Source: a plasmid. Taken from it: DNA of 64,000 nt. Location of the stretch: the sequence record NZ_CP142098.1. The stretch is one strand, 5' to 3'. This document shows positions 10,460 through 19,601 of the stretch, in pieces. Position 1 is the stretch's first letter. Each line of letters starts with the position of its first letter. The notes beneath the pieces are model-generated. The model saw only the letters and a program-made list of their open reading frames with translations. It did no database searches and was not told where the DNA came from. A program made the position numbers and the translations under genes.

Positions 10460-10788
10460 TCGAGACGCTTGAAGAGCAGGTAATCGCCCTCGTCAGAAAG
10501 CATTATGGTACGGTCATCACTGGCTGTTCACCCGAGATAACACCAGGTTCTGATATTGATGCTGACATTGGCATGGATTGGGCTGACGCAGAAGGGCTGA
10601 TGGAGGATTTTTTTGAAAAGTTCTCAGTCGATAAGGCCAGCTTCAATATCAAAACCTATTACCCCGATCCGCCGATGGGGACATTACTCAAAAATTTGTT
10701 TAGGCGTGAAAAGGAGCTCCCCGAAGTACCCCAATTTACCGTCAATATGCTTATCGAGTCCGCCAAGGCTGGGCGTTGGTTGTACTGA
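10453..10788 (+). CDS. DUF1493-like small acidic protein (acyl-carrier-protein-like fold family)
   Basis: 111-aa acidic protein coupled to the upstream gene. The family call rests on recalled architecture only. Confidence 0.4.
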   Translation: MVIETLEEQVIALVRKHYGTVITGCSPEITPGSDIDADIGMDWADAEGLMEDFFEKFSVDKASFNIKTYYPDPPMGTLLKNLFRREKELPEVPQFTVNMLIESAKAGRWLY

Positions 10789-10918
10789 CGCCAGCTATGC
10801 AGTGTTCAGTCAGGGATATACCAGGCGTATCAATCGTCGGCATGTCGGACACTGAGCAGCAAGAAATTTATTATGCCGTATTTCATTTGTGGGCATACGA
10901 CCTGCTGGGCACCATCCA

Positions 10919-10953
10919 GTGGCGTGGCGTGGCGTGGCGTGGCGTGGCGTGGC
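10919..10953. repeat. Pentanucleotide simple repeat (GGCGT)x6-7
   Basis: Perfect tandem ggcgt units lying between two convergent genes. Confidence 0.9.
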
Positions 10954-11120
10954 CTACCACTCGCGTGTCGCAGCTGCAGGCAGGTGACCTCAACTGGTTA
11001 AATAATGCTCTTAACGTACAAAATTTTCCGATCTCCAAACTGACCCCTATGTTGAAAAGGCCGCTGAGAAAAATTCTCCCGCAGCGGCCTCTTTAGCATA
11101 ACGTCATTATGCGAACCATA

Positions 11121-11927
11121 TTATATTATTTTTATTTTTGGAAGAACTTCCTCCATGACTTTGACGGCTTTTCCATCCTTGATTACATGGCTATTCCAAC
11201 TACTTGATTGTGCCATCGCATCATCGTATATTCCTTGTGATATAGCTAGTAAGTCCGTATTTACCCATGAGAATAGACCTTCATCAACAAACTTTTTTGA
11301 TATTAACTCATAGTGGCTGTTCTTTTTTAATGCAACATATAATGGGTATTTTTTTTCAATATTTTCAGCCAAACTGTCAAATGAAATTATTGAGAAGTCG
11401 CTTCGTTGCTGGCCTCTTATTAATGCTGTTTTCTGTGTGTTATTCTCATATTCTGATCTACGTCCATGCACTAAAACATACTTGAAGTTAAAAGGATTTT
11501 TACCCATGTGAGCAGGTTCAATGAAGCCTTGTAATATATTATTTTTGAAGTGACTTCTATTGGATTCTTCATCAAACCAAGCCCTCCATGTATTCATTTG
11601 CTGCAAGGCAAGATTAAAGTCAGCATGGAAAGTTGTGGAGTTATTCTTGAAATATTTTGAAGATGGCTTTTCTATCTCAACTAAAATTACATTCCAGTTG
11701 TCAGAGCTTTTAGAAAGATACACAAAGTCTGGTTTATAATCACTCGATAACGGTAATTTTCTGAATACCGTACAGAAATGAATTCCATGATTCTGTTCAA
11801 ACTCTCTAGGAATAAACATTGTATTTTCTTCAAGATAGGTTTGATAAACTTGTTCTTTTTCATTTTTATTTAGCAAGTCAATATACTCTTGCTTTTTTTT
11901 GTTTATTTCTTGACCTGTAATGTACAT
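11121..11927 (-). CDS. Low-GC hypothetical protein with a PD-(D/E)xK-like signature (possible DUF4263/Shedu-like nuclease fold)
   Basis: …KPDFVYLSKSSDNWNVILVEIEKPS…ALQQ… resembles a restriction-endonuclease-like core. GC content is far below that of neighbouring DNA. Confidence 0.45.
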   Translation of the reverse strand: MYITGQEINKKKQEYIDLLNKNEKEQVYQTYLEENTMFIPREFEQNHGIHFCTVFRKLPLSSDYKPDFVYLSKSSDNWNVILVEIEKPSSKYFKNNSTTFHADFNLALQQMNTWRAWFDEESNRSHFKNNILQGFIEPAHMGKNPFNFKYVLVHGRRSEYENNTQKTALIRGQQRSDFSIISFDSLAENIEKKYPLYVALKKNSHYELISKKFVDEGLFSWVNTDLLAISQGIYDDAMAQSSSWNSHVIKDGKAVKVMEEVLPKIKII

Positions 11928-12139
11928 GAGATTTCCGTTTTTTAAATTTAGGATTGTGTATAGTAACTATTTTTAACTCATTCTAATCTATAAAAACTCA
12001 ATGTTACTTGTAATCTAGCTGTTACGAGTATGCCGCGAAGCGGTTCGATGGCCTACATCAGTTAGTATTATTCTTGATGCCTCCTATTAGGTGAGCGAGG
12101 TTATCCGATATCTCTTTAGTCATGACTGTAATTCCAGTT

Positions 12140-13081
12140 TTAACCTCGTTGAAGCTGTTTGTTTTTTGTAAGTATTTCGCGATGAATCTGTGCTTTTTTG
12201 CGCTCGATTTGTAACGATAGCTGATGAATAGTATTTGGTAGTTCTTTTGTTAGGAATGCATGATTATTTTCTTCAAATTCTCCTGATTCGGATAATTCAG
12301 AGTGTATGAGTTCAAGCATCTTGATGATATCAATTTGATGTTCTACTATAAATCTACGATAAGCTGTTTTCCCTACTTCTCTAACGAACAGATCTAGAAA
12401 CTTACGGCCGTTACGAAATTCTTCAATGAAAAACTTTTCAATGATAAATGCAACCACAGGAACCATCAATGCCTTTATACGGGCAACTTCTTGCACTACA
12501 TTTCTTTTAACCCCTTGAGTGACGTTGTGAAACCTTGATGCCATACAAGTAATGGGATTCAAAACCCTGACTTTATCATGAGCTGTATATTGAAATTTCT
12601 CCATGGGTAAATGAAAAACTTCTGTATTGATAATAAGTTTTCTGCCGTTAAAATCAGAGGGAGTAAGATATGAAGCGCTCGACAGGACATCCACAATGTT
12701 GGGTTCTTCAATGTGACGGTCATCGAAAATTTCTTTATTGACAAACTTTTTATGAAAATATGTTTTAATTTTCCCGTCTTTTATGTTTTTTAACGGCAGG
12801 ATTGCCAGTGAAGGTGGTGAGCCATCATTATAATTTACGGGTACATCTAATACTGATGATATTACTGAAATGTCGATATTCCGTGCTGTCACATCAATAT
12901 CATTGGAAGTAATATAATCAATAGGGGGATGTTCGGAGTAAATATCCTTGTACCATACCACCCAGTAGTGCACAGCCTGACCGCCTACGGTCACGATTGG
13001 CGACGTGAATTTATCACCATGCTTCATTAGTTCAGCGTTAAGGATATAGAGTTGGTCCAACGGACTCATATGTTCTGACAT
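12140..13081 (-). CDS. Low-GC hypothetical protein with a nucleotidyltransferase-like N-terminal motif (GGxA…SxDIDV)
   Basis: VTVGGQAVHYW…ITSNDIDVTA resembles a pol-beta/AbiEii-type nucleotidyltransferase signature with longer spacing. 313 aa. Confidence 0.45.
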   Translation of the reverse strand: MSEHMSPLDQLYILNAELMKHGDKFTSPIVTVGGQAVHYWVVWYKDIYSEHPPIDYITSNDIDVTARNIDISVISSVLDVPVNYNDGSPPSLAILPLKNIKDGKIKTYFHKKFVNKEIFDDRHIEEPNIVDVLSSASYLTPSDFNGRKLIINTEVFHLPMEKFQYTAHDKVRVLNPITCMASRFHNVTQGVKRNVVQEVARIKALMVPVVAFIIEKFFIEEFRNGRKFLDLFVREVGKTAYRRFIVEHQIDIIKMLELIHSELSESGEFEENNHAFLTKELPNTIHQLSLQIERKKAQIHREILTKNKQLQRG

Positions 13082-13538
13082 AAAAAAACCACCTTAAAAA
13101 AGATGGCTTATTATCACGTAATCATATGATTAGGCAAACGAGAATTTTTTCTGCAGCTTTGCAGTAGACTTCAGCTGACCAAAGTCAGATTTTGGTGAAA
13201 ATGGTTGAGGCTCACGTTCACCTGCTTCGATCATGTGAAGCCTTTTTTCATAGAGCTCATGCTGTAACTGTTTAATGCTTCTCGCTGAAAGGTTTGCCAT
13301 CGCAATCACCTGAAGTTAGTCTTTCAAAACCTACTTAATGTACGAATTATGCGCGTTTTTACGAAGGTCGTCAAACTTTCCTAAAGGAGAGCCTATCTGC
13401 AAAGCGGTGGCTTCATGCTATTGCTTTGCATAGAGTGTTTCTGCCAAGGGCTCGATACCAAGCTGATAAGACTATCGGGTGGTAGGGTTCAGAAGTTACA
13501 TGAACTTATCAAATTTTTTAACCTCCCTGTCGCCGCGC

Positions 13539-13623
13539 CGCTGAGGTGCAGGGACAGGAACGGCGGCAGGCCGTCGTTGGCGCCCTGCCCCGCGATCAAC
13601 CACAATGAATTCCACGGTGATTA
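13539..13623. repeat. About 85-bp duplicated fragment of the 15873-16943 gene, immediately 3' of the KAP NTPase gene
   Basis: gcgccgctga(g/t)gtgcagggacaggaacggcggcag(g/t)ccgtcgt(t/c)ggcgcc… matches 16141-16232 at about 90% identity. Confidence 0.7.
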
Positions 13624-15870
13624 ACGGCTTCTACTGATCGACTGTTCGACCTGTTTAACCTGTTCCGCGAACTTGCCGGCCTGCTTGATGTGTTCAATAC
13701 GCGCTAGCACTTTCTGAGTCTCGCCCAGATATTCAGTCATATTAGTCAGTGGCAGCGCTTGATAATACCCATGCGCGCTACTGAAGCCATGATACCGGAG
13801 CTGCAGCAGCACGCTCAGAAAAGCCTCATCCTTCTTGACTTGGCGATCGACCCATTTCCGTACTGCCTGGATCCCGCTAATATCACGCCATGCCCAGATA
13901 TATCTATTCAGCAGGGGAAAGGCCGCCAACTGTTTGGTGATGGCCGGGCTGTTCAGTCTCTTCCCCATGGTTTTCTGTAAGATGACGACGTTACTCCGCT
14001 CCATCCACTCTTCCAGCTGATGGCCCGTTCTGTCTCCGACTATCCCATGTTGCCACAGCAGGTGACGGACATACTCAGCGCCCCAGTACCAGGCTTTCCC
14101 AAGCTGGAGTTGCGCAGTCAGGAACTTATTGGTAGATGTGACATCCTCACGTAGCATTCGTTGGATTAGCCGATCGGCCACGCTGTAGGTATCCAGGTCC
14201 TGCAGCTCAAACCACTCGTTGTCTTGCCGATAGCGTTTCACCATGTCATCCCCGTTGTCGAAGAAGAACTGCAGCAGACCCTGGCACTCGGCCAGCGTTC
14301 TGGAATCAATCTGGGGGGATGTTAGCTCGGCCAGCATGTGCTCAAACCAGGTGCGGGAAGATAAGTTCTTTTTTCTCTGGATATGACCGAGCAGGCGTTG
14401 TGCCAGTTCCTGCTGCTTTTCAGGCTGGTCATGCTGGCCGGCGAGCGCGAAGATTTGGTCAAAATCTTCCGGTAACAGGATATTTTGTGGCGCGCAGAAG
14501 GCGAAGTAGTAACGCCAGTATGCCTGGCTGCCAAGCCGCTTCCCTGCTGTGAGCCAAGCACTTTCCTGCGGACCGGTGCTTACAAAGAGTTTATCGGGAT
14601 GCACTGTCAGTCCATCTAAGATCCCCGGGACCCATTCACTCAGCTCCGTGATGGAATGCGCTTTGGCCGGGAAATACCGCATCAGGTGTTGCTTAAGGTT
14701 GTCTGTCAGGACTTTCTGCTCCTCTTTACTGACATGGCCATCTCCGGTCTGCACCACGTTCCGTTCCGACAGGTATTCTTCCACCCAGTCATACAGACCC
14801 GAATTTGTCGTGCGGAGCAGCTGCAGGAAGCACAGATCCGGGAAATACACATAGTCCCGTATGCCCGCATAACGGAACCGTAGTGCATTTAGAACGGTCT
14901 GGACTTCCCGGGGCGATTTCAGCATGGCGCCATAAATATTCGCGACTGCCGTCAGGTCATCCAGTATGCCCTTCTCCGGGGGAGATTTATTCACCGTTTG
15001 GTATAACTCAATGGCATCATCACGAAATTGCTGGCGCAGCGCAAAGGATTCCGGGCGCGGCAGTCCGAATGAGATCTGGACAATTTTCTGCAGGTACAGG
15101 CTCCCGTCGGTGACGCCCAGCCCCTGGCTGATGGCCTGTGACAGCACCGCCTTGTCATAACAGAGCAGGTAGCGGAAGCGGGGAAAATCCGCGACCGACT
15201 TCACCAGTCGGATCACCTCCACGGCCTGGGCCGGTTCGAGGCGATCGAGATCGTCGAGCAGGATAATGAAGCTCAGATCCAGCTCTTCGATTTTCTGAGC
15301 AATCTCGGCGCGCATGTCGGCCGTGGTTTTTTCCTTTTCTTTCAGCCAGTGCGAGTCTGCCACGGCGTTCAGTGCGCCGCTGGCATCGGGGACACCGGGA
15401 ATGACCGCGGCGATCTGAGCGACAGGCGACAGATTCCGGGCGGTGGCCCGGGTGTAGTCCATCAGCGTCTTGGCGGTACCGGTCAGCGCTTTTTTCTTTT
15501 TGAGGGCTGCCCGTTCCTTCGCTGAAAGCCGACGTTCTTCTTCCTCGGCAATGATGCCAGCTACCGGAAGCAGTAAGGACGCCACCAGAGGCGTATCACT
15601 GCCATCGAGCCAGGGGGAAATATTCAGCACGAAGGTTCGCGCTTCCTGTTGTTTATCCAGCGCCGTGCGCAGCAGATTAAGGAGGCTGGTTTTCCCCGTC
15701 CCCCAGGCGCCTTCGATACCGATCACGGCACTGCCCTCCCGGCCGATCTCCTTAATGGCGCGGGCCAACTCGGTGGCAATGTGGGTGAAACCATAGCGGT
15801 CTTCGTCGTTATTGCGGATGGCGCGATCGGGATGTTGCCCCTGGCGGTTTTCTTGCGGTGAATGCGTCAT
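13621..15870 (-). CDS. KAP-family P-loop NTPase
   Basis: Walker A GIEGAWGTGKTS and Walker B FIILLDDLDRL within a 749-aa protein with a long helical C-terminus, matching the KAP NTPase architecture. Confidence 0.85.
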   Translation of the reverse strand: MTHSPQENRQGQHPDRAIRNNDEDRYGFTHIATELARAIKEIGREGSAVIGIEGAWGTGKTSLLNLLRTALDKQQEARTFVLNISPWLDGSDTPLVASLLLPVAGIIAEEEERRLSAKERAALKKKKALTGTAKTLMDYTRATARNLSPVAQIAAVIPGVPDASGALNAVADSHWLKEKEKTTADMRAEIAQKIEELDLSFIILLDDLDRLEPAQAVEVIRLVKSVADFPRFRYLLCYDKAVLSQAISQGLGVTDGSLYLQKIVQISFGLPRPESFALRQQFRDDAIELYQTVNKSPPEKGILDDLTAVANIYGAMLKSPREVQTVLNALRFRYAGIRDYVYFPDLCFLQLLRTTNSGLYDWVEEYLSERNVVQTGDGHVSKEEQKVLTDNLKQHLMRYFPAKAHSITELSEWVPGILDGLTVHPDKLFVSTGPQESAWLTAGKRLGSQAYWRYYFAFCAPQNILLPEDFDQIFALAGQHDQPEKQQELAQRLLGHIQRKKNLSSRTWFEHMLAELTSPQIDSRTLAECQGLLQFFFDNGDDMVKRYRQDNEWFELQDLDTYSVADRLIQRMLREDVTSTNKFLTAQLQLGKAWYWGAEYVRHLLWQHGIVGDRTGHQLEEWMERSNVVILQKTMGKRLNSPAITKQLAAFPLLNRYIWAWRDISGIQAVRKWVDRQVKKDEAFLSVLLQLRYHGFSSAHGYYQALPLTNMTEYLGETQKVLARIEHIKQAGKFAEQVKQVEQSISRSR

Positions 15871-15872
15871 GG

Positions 15873-16943
15873 TTACAGATCCCCGTACAGTGCGGCGAGC
15901 TCGGCCAGCGCCGCGGCTGTGGACGGGTGCTCCAGCTGCGCCAGCAGCTCGGCCTCGAGCGCGGTGAAGGTGTCCGGCGCCAGCCGCAGCCGCAAATTCG
16001 GCAGCACCAGACCGATGTCGCCGCTCTCCGGCACATGCAGCGAGACATGCCGCCCCTGATAGCTGCGGGTGCGATCGCCGTCCTGACGCGCGCGCAGCAG
16101 GCGGCGCAGTTCGGCGAACACCGGCCAGCCGAAGGTCGACTGGAAGACCGCGCCGCTGATGTGCAGGGACAGGAACGGCGGCAGTCCGTCGTCGGCGCCC
16201 GGATAGGCGCCCTGACCGGCGACGATCTCCACCGTGGCGCTGAGCTCGCCGGCGGCGGCGATCAGCTGCTGGCGCTCCACGAAGGGCACGGTCAGCGCCA
16301 GGTACTCGGCCAGCGCCGGATCGTCGGCGCGCTGCGCGGCGACCGCCAGCGGGAAGATCGCCCGCAGCCGCACCGGGGTGCAGGCGCGGGCCAGCGCCTC
16401 GTCGCTGAAGTCATCGAGGTTCAGCACGCCGCTGGCCAGCGGTCGGGCGAAGAACTCGGCGCTGCCGGCCGGCGGGGTGCATGTGGCCGTAAAGCGGTCA
16501 CGCAGCGCCTGCAGCCAGTCCTCGCCGCGCAGGCCGAAGGTGCGCCGGTAATAGTGGGGATCGACATCGAGCCCGCCGCCCACCGCCGTCTCCAGCAGCG
16601 CATCGGTGATCAGCAGCAGCGCGGACAGCGGCGCCCGGTTGACCGGCCCGCGGCCATCGCGATAGGCGATCTGCGCCTGGCTGAACAGCCAGCGCAGTTC
16701 GGCGCGGCTCAGCGCCTGGCCGTCGACGGTTTCCGCGCGCACGACCTTGCGGTACAGCTGGCCCAGGGTGGTGTACGGCGCCGCGCAGAGCGCGCGGTAT
16801 TCGTCGCCGGCGACCGAAGTGGCCAGCGTTTGCTGCAGCAGACGTTCTGCCAGGGTGTTGACCGGCACGGCTTCGGCGGCGGCGCGGTTTTTCAGGGCGG
16901 CGATCAGGGATTTCGGAAAGCGGAGGTTCAGCTGGCTGAGCAT
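15873..16943 (-). CDS. High-GC (about 72%) protein with an N-terminal Arc/ribbon-helix-helix-like motif and an Ala-rich 300-aa C-terminal domain
   Basis: N-terminus LNLRFPKSLIAALKNRAAAEAVPVNTLAERLL fits the Arc-type ribbon-helix-helix pattern. The stop lies 2 nt from the KAP start. Strong codon bias supports this strand over the antisense ORF. Confidence 0.55.
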   Translation of the reverse strand: MLSQLNLRFPKSLIAALKNRAAAEAVPVNTLAERLLQQTLATSVAGDEYRALCAAPYTTLGQLYRKVVRAETVDGQALSRAELRWLFSQAQIAYRDGRGPVNRAPLSALLLITDALLETAVGGGLDVDPHYYRRTFGLRGEDWLQALRDRFTATCTPPAGSAEFFARPLASGVLNLDDFSDEALARACTPVRLRAIFPLAVAAQRADDPALAEYLALTVPFVERQQLIAAAGELSATVEIVAGQGAYPGADDGLPPFLSLHISGAVFQSTFGWPVFAELRRLLRARQDGDRTRSYQGRHVSLHVPESGDIGLVLPNLRLRLAPDTFTALEAELLAQLEHPSTAAALAELAALYGDL

Positions 16944-17226
16944 GGCGGTGTCCTGCTGTCATAGGAATCTATTGTGATGATAGCAACATCCTATAAAGCA
17001 GAAATGGAAATTACAATGCTTTATCCAATGCAGCTAGCTTCCTTTTACTATGGTTGCAACAATGAACCATTGCTAACAATTTCGCGGTCTGCTAGCGAAG
17101 CTGAGTGCGGCGGTCGGCGTTTTTGCGTCGCAGATCCGAAAAAGCCCATAATCGGAAATCCCGTACCTGAGCCGTCAGGCTGACCGGATGATATAGTGGA
17201 TTCTCGAACCGGAACGGGAGGGTTAA

Positions 17227-17727
17227 ATGGGAAATTATTCAGATTTTGAGACCGATTTTGTTCAGCGAACACTGGCGCTTATTGATCAATATAACGAAAT
17301 GATTGAGGTGCAGGGCAAGCCATTCAGGGAGCAGTACAACTACACATTGACCCTGAATTGCCTTCTGGGTCTTATCGTGTTACCGAAAGAGAGGGCGCTC
17401 TCTTTCCTGCCTGCCGAACGTTTAACGCTGCAGCTTAAAGCTGAAATGGGATTACATGAGTCACAGCTGCCCGGACCCGAAATGAACCTGCGGGAGTTGA
17501 TCCATAAGATGCGGAATTCAGTGGCTCATTTCTGTGTCCAGGTAGAGTCAGTCAACGATGCACACCTTGTAGACTGGATTGTTTTCAGGGAATCCCAGGG
17601 AGATGGGGACGTCTACGCCAGGTTCAGCGCTCCGGAGCTTTTACCCTTTTTGAAATATTATGCGACCCTGCTGCTCGACAATATGGCCCGCCGTCGAGCC
17701 AGAGCTGTTAACGTATTGGATTTGTAA
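17227..17727 (+). CDS. Putative HEPN-domain protein
   Basis: C-terminal LIHKMRNSVAHF contains the canonical HEPN R-N-x3-H (Rx4-6H) motif. 166 aa. Confidence 0.5.
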   Translation: MGNYSDFETDFVQRTLALIDQYNEMIEVQGKPFREQYNYTLTLNCLLGLIVLPKERALSFLPAERLTLQLKAEMGLHESQLPGPEMNLRELIHKMRNSVAHFCVQVESVNDAHLVDWIVFRESQGDGDVYARFSAPELLPFLKYYATLLLDNMARRRARAVNVLDL

Positions 17728-17739
17728 GGGATTTACACA

Positions 17740-18528
17740 ATGTTGATTCTCGATTGTTCCTCACGACCTCAGGCGTTGCATACATTATCTGCCGGGTTTG
17801 GCTGTAGCCCAGAAAAGCTGAAAAAATTACTGCTTTCGCTCGATCTTGAAAGTATCTACGAGCTTAATCCTCGCTTGTTGGTTGATGCACCCCATTACCT
17901 GAGAGAGTACGTCTGTGCGGAACTGGGCGAACCTGGTCCATTCACCCGAGCTCTGTGGTTTCATGGTACCCGGACTTTCGCCGGTAATACTTTTCCGGCG
18001 GGGTTACTGGCGCTAAATCAGTCAGAGCCACTCGCCATGAAAATGCTGCTCGAGCTGGCCCCGAGTGAGATGGTCCGTAAAAACCTGCGGGAATGGGATG
18101 TTCCGGGGGGCGTCCCGGACGAGATGTTTCAGCTCAGAACCGGCGATAAAATGCACTGGGGACCTTATGGTCATCTAGTCCGGGAATTACATTTTAACGC
18201 CAGTGAAAATGGACAGCATGATTACCTCTGGCTGCCGGAGCTGGTCGAGGATGTCTGTAATGCCTACCAGGAGAAATATGGTCACGATCTTAAACCGCAT
18301 TATCTCAGAGTGCTTCATCCCTGTATTGTCTGGTTCGAGGGGGAGATTGTTTATGAAAAAGGAGTTCTTGAAACAGCTCTGGCATATGCCTATACATCAG
18401 TCCGTGACCTCCCGCCGGACGGGAACGCAACTTTCGGCATAGACTGTGAGGGAAAATCTGTGTCCAGATCGGCCATTGCCAGAATTGAGTTTCTGCAGCA
18501 CCGGGTTCCTGGCCTCAGTGGCTCCTGA
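17740..18528 (+). CDS. Hypothetical protein (262 aa), co-operonic with the HEPN-like gene
   Basis: Starts 12 nt after the upstream stop. No motif recognised. Confidence 0.5.
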   Translation: MLILDCSSRPQALHTLSAGFGCSPEKLKKLLLSLDLESIYELNPRLLVDAPHYLREYVCAELGEPGPFTRALWFHGTRTFAGNTFPAGLLALNQSEPLAMKMLLELAPSEMVRKNLREWDVPGGVPDEMFQLRTGDKMHWGPYGHLVRELHFNASENGQHDYLWLPELVEDVCNAYQEKYGHDLKPHYLRVLHPCIVWFEGEIVYEKGVLETALAYAYTSVRDLPPDGNATFGIDCEGKSVSRSAIARIEFLQHRVPGLSGS

Positions 18529-18531
18529 CAG

Positions 18532-18837
18532 GTGGATGGCACGATGAGCAATCAAGCACACTTGGCGCACATCCACTTGCTGGTCAAAACCAATGCGTTT
18601 AACGTTTACACACTGGCCAGCACAGAGACCTGGCAGATGCCTTCGGTCCGGGACATCGCCGTGGTCCGGGGGCTGATCCCCCTGACCGACATGCAGCTGG
18701 CCCACCGGCTGGCGGTGGACGAGCGTACCATCCGCAAATGGAAATCCGGTCAGACCCGGATGGTGTACACCACCTGGTGCTGTCTGTGCTGGATGGCTGG
18801 ACTGGGGATGCCGCTCGATAACATTATCAGTGACTAA
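18532..18837 (+). CDS. Small HTH-containing protein (AlpA/Xis-like helix-turn-helix)
   Basis: …LTDMQLAHRLAVDERTIRKWKSGQ… is a helix-turn-helix signature. Starts 3 nt after the upstream gene. Confidence 0.4.
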   Translation: MDGTMSNQAHLAHIHLLVKTNAFNVYTLASTETWQMPSVRDIAVVRGLIPLTDMQLAHRLAVDERTIRKWKSGQTRMVYTTWCCLCWMAGLGMPLDNIISD

Positions 18838-19036
18838 AGATACGCTTCCAGATGCGTCTGAGTATGAAACGTCTCTGGAATCGCCAGTTTCGTTTCCAGA
18901 TATGAAGAAGGTCGTCAAAATTGGTCAAAAACCACGTTAGACCACGGTAAGCGACCACGATTGCCCAGATGAACTGGCCGATGGCGATTAGGGTATAGAT
19001 GACAGCTAATACTGCAGTTATTAATGTAGACATATT
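18827..19036 (-). CDS. Small membrane protein (about 69 aa from MSTLITAVLAV…)
   Basis: One strongly hydrophobic helix followed by a basic tail. Uncertain. Confidence 0.25.
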   Translation of the reverse strand, partial: NMSTLITAVLAVIYTLIAIGQFIWAIVVAYRGLTWFLTNFDDLLHIWKRNWRFQRRFILRRIWKRIFSH

Positions 19037-19601
19037 GTTCTCCTTAATGTCTGTGTTTATCTGCAAATATTTACTGCCAGGGGGGCGGCCTTTAAGGCCG
19101 GTTAGAAAAAAAAACTGAAAAAAAGTTTTCCTTTCCTCTTTGTTGCTATTTAAGGCTTAGTCATTAAAGAATTTTGCACATCAGGCAATAATCCCCAATT
19201 CGCAACAATGTGCAGGTTTTTGTGACTTTTTAGCAATAATTCTTCTTTCCCTCTCTGCAGATCCGAAAACTCATTGTTTCGGATCAGCGGATCGTCACAC
19301 TGCCCCGCTACCCCGGAAACCACAACATGTGGCACCGCTTAAGCTGCGTTTTCTTCTATATATTGTGTTTTACCGGGGTGATCGTTAACGGCGGTTTTTG
19401 GCCGACAACCGCGCTGGGATTATTTTTACGCCGTGGTACACTTCCGGAAAGTTGCCATAATCCAGAAAGTCGGATCACCTGAAAACCGTCGTCCGGTAAT
19501 TTAACGACGTGGCTATATGGCTGCTTATTATAATGTGAGTGATGTTTACGGCAGGAAACTGCGAGGGCGATCATCGTCACTGAGGGGAAGGGGTAAGGTG
19601 A

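Noticed and set aside
11121-11927. Firm assignment as Shedu (SduA)
   Set aside because: Only a loose PD…E-x-E-K pattern is visible, and the protein is shorter than typical Shedu. It is kept only as a nuclease-fold candidate.
15858-16964. 368-aa plus-strand ORF and several other long ORFs (15873-16943 region, both strands)
   Set aside because: They lie antisense to the 72%-GC gene. High GC suppresses stop codons on all frames. The minus-strand frame has the coherent ribbon-helix-helix N-terminus and tight coupling to the KAP gene, so the plus-strand ORFs are treated as artefacts.
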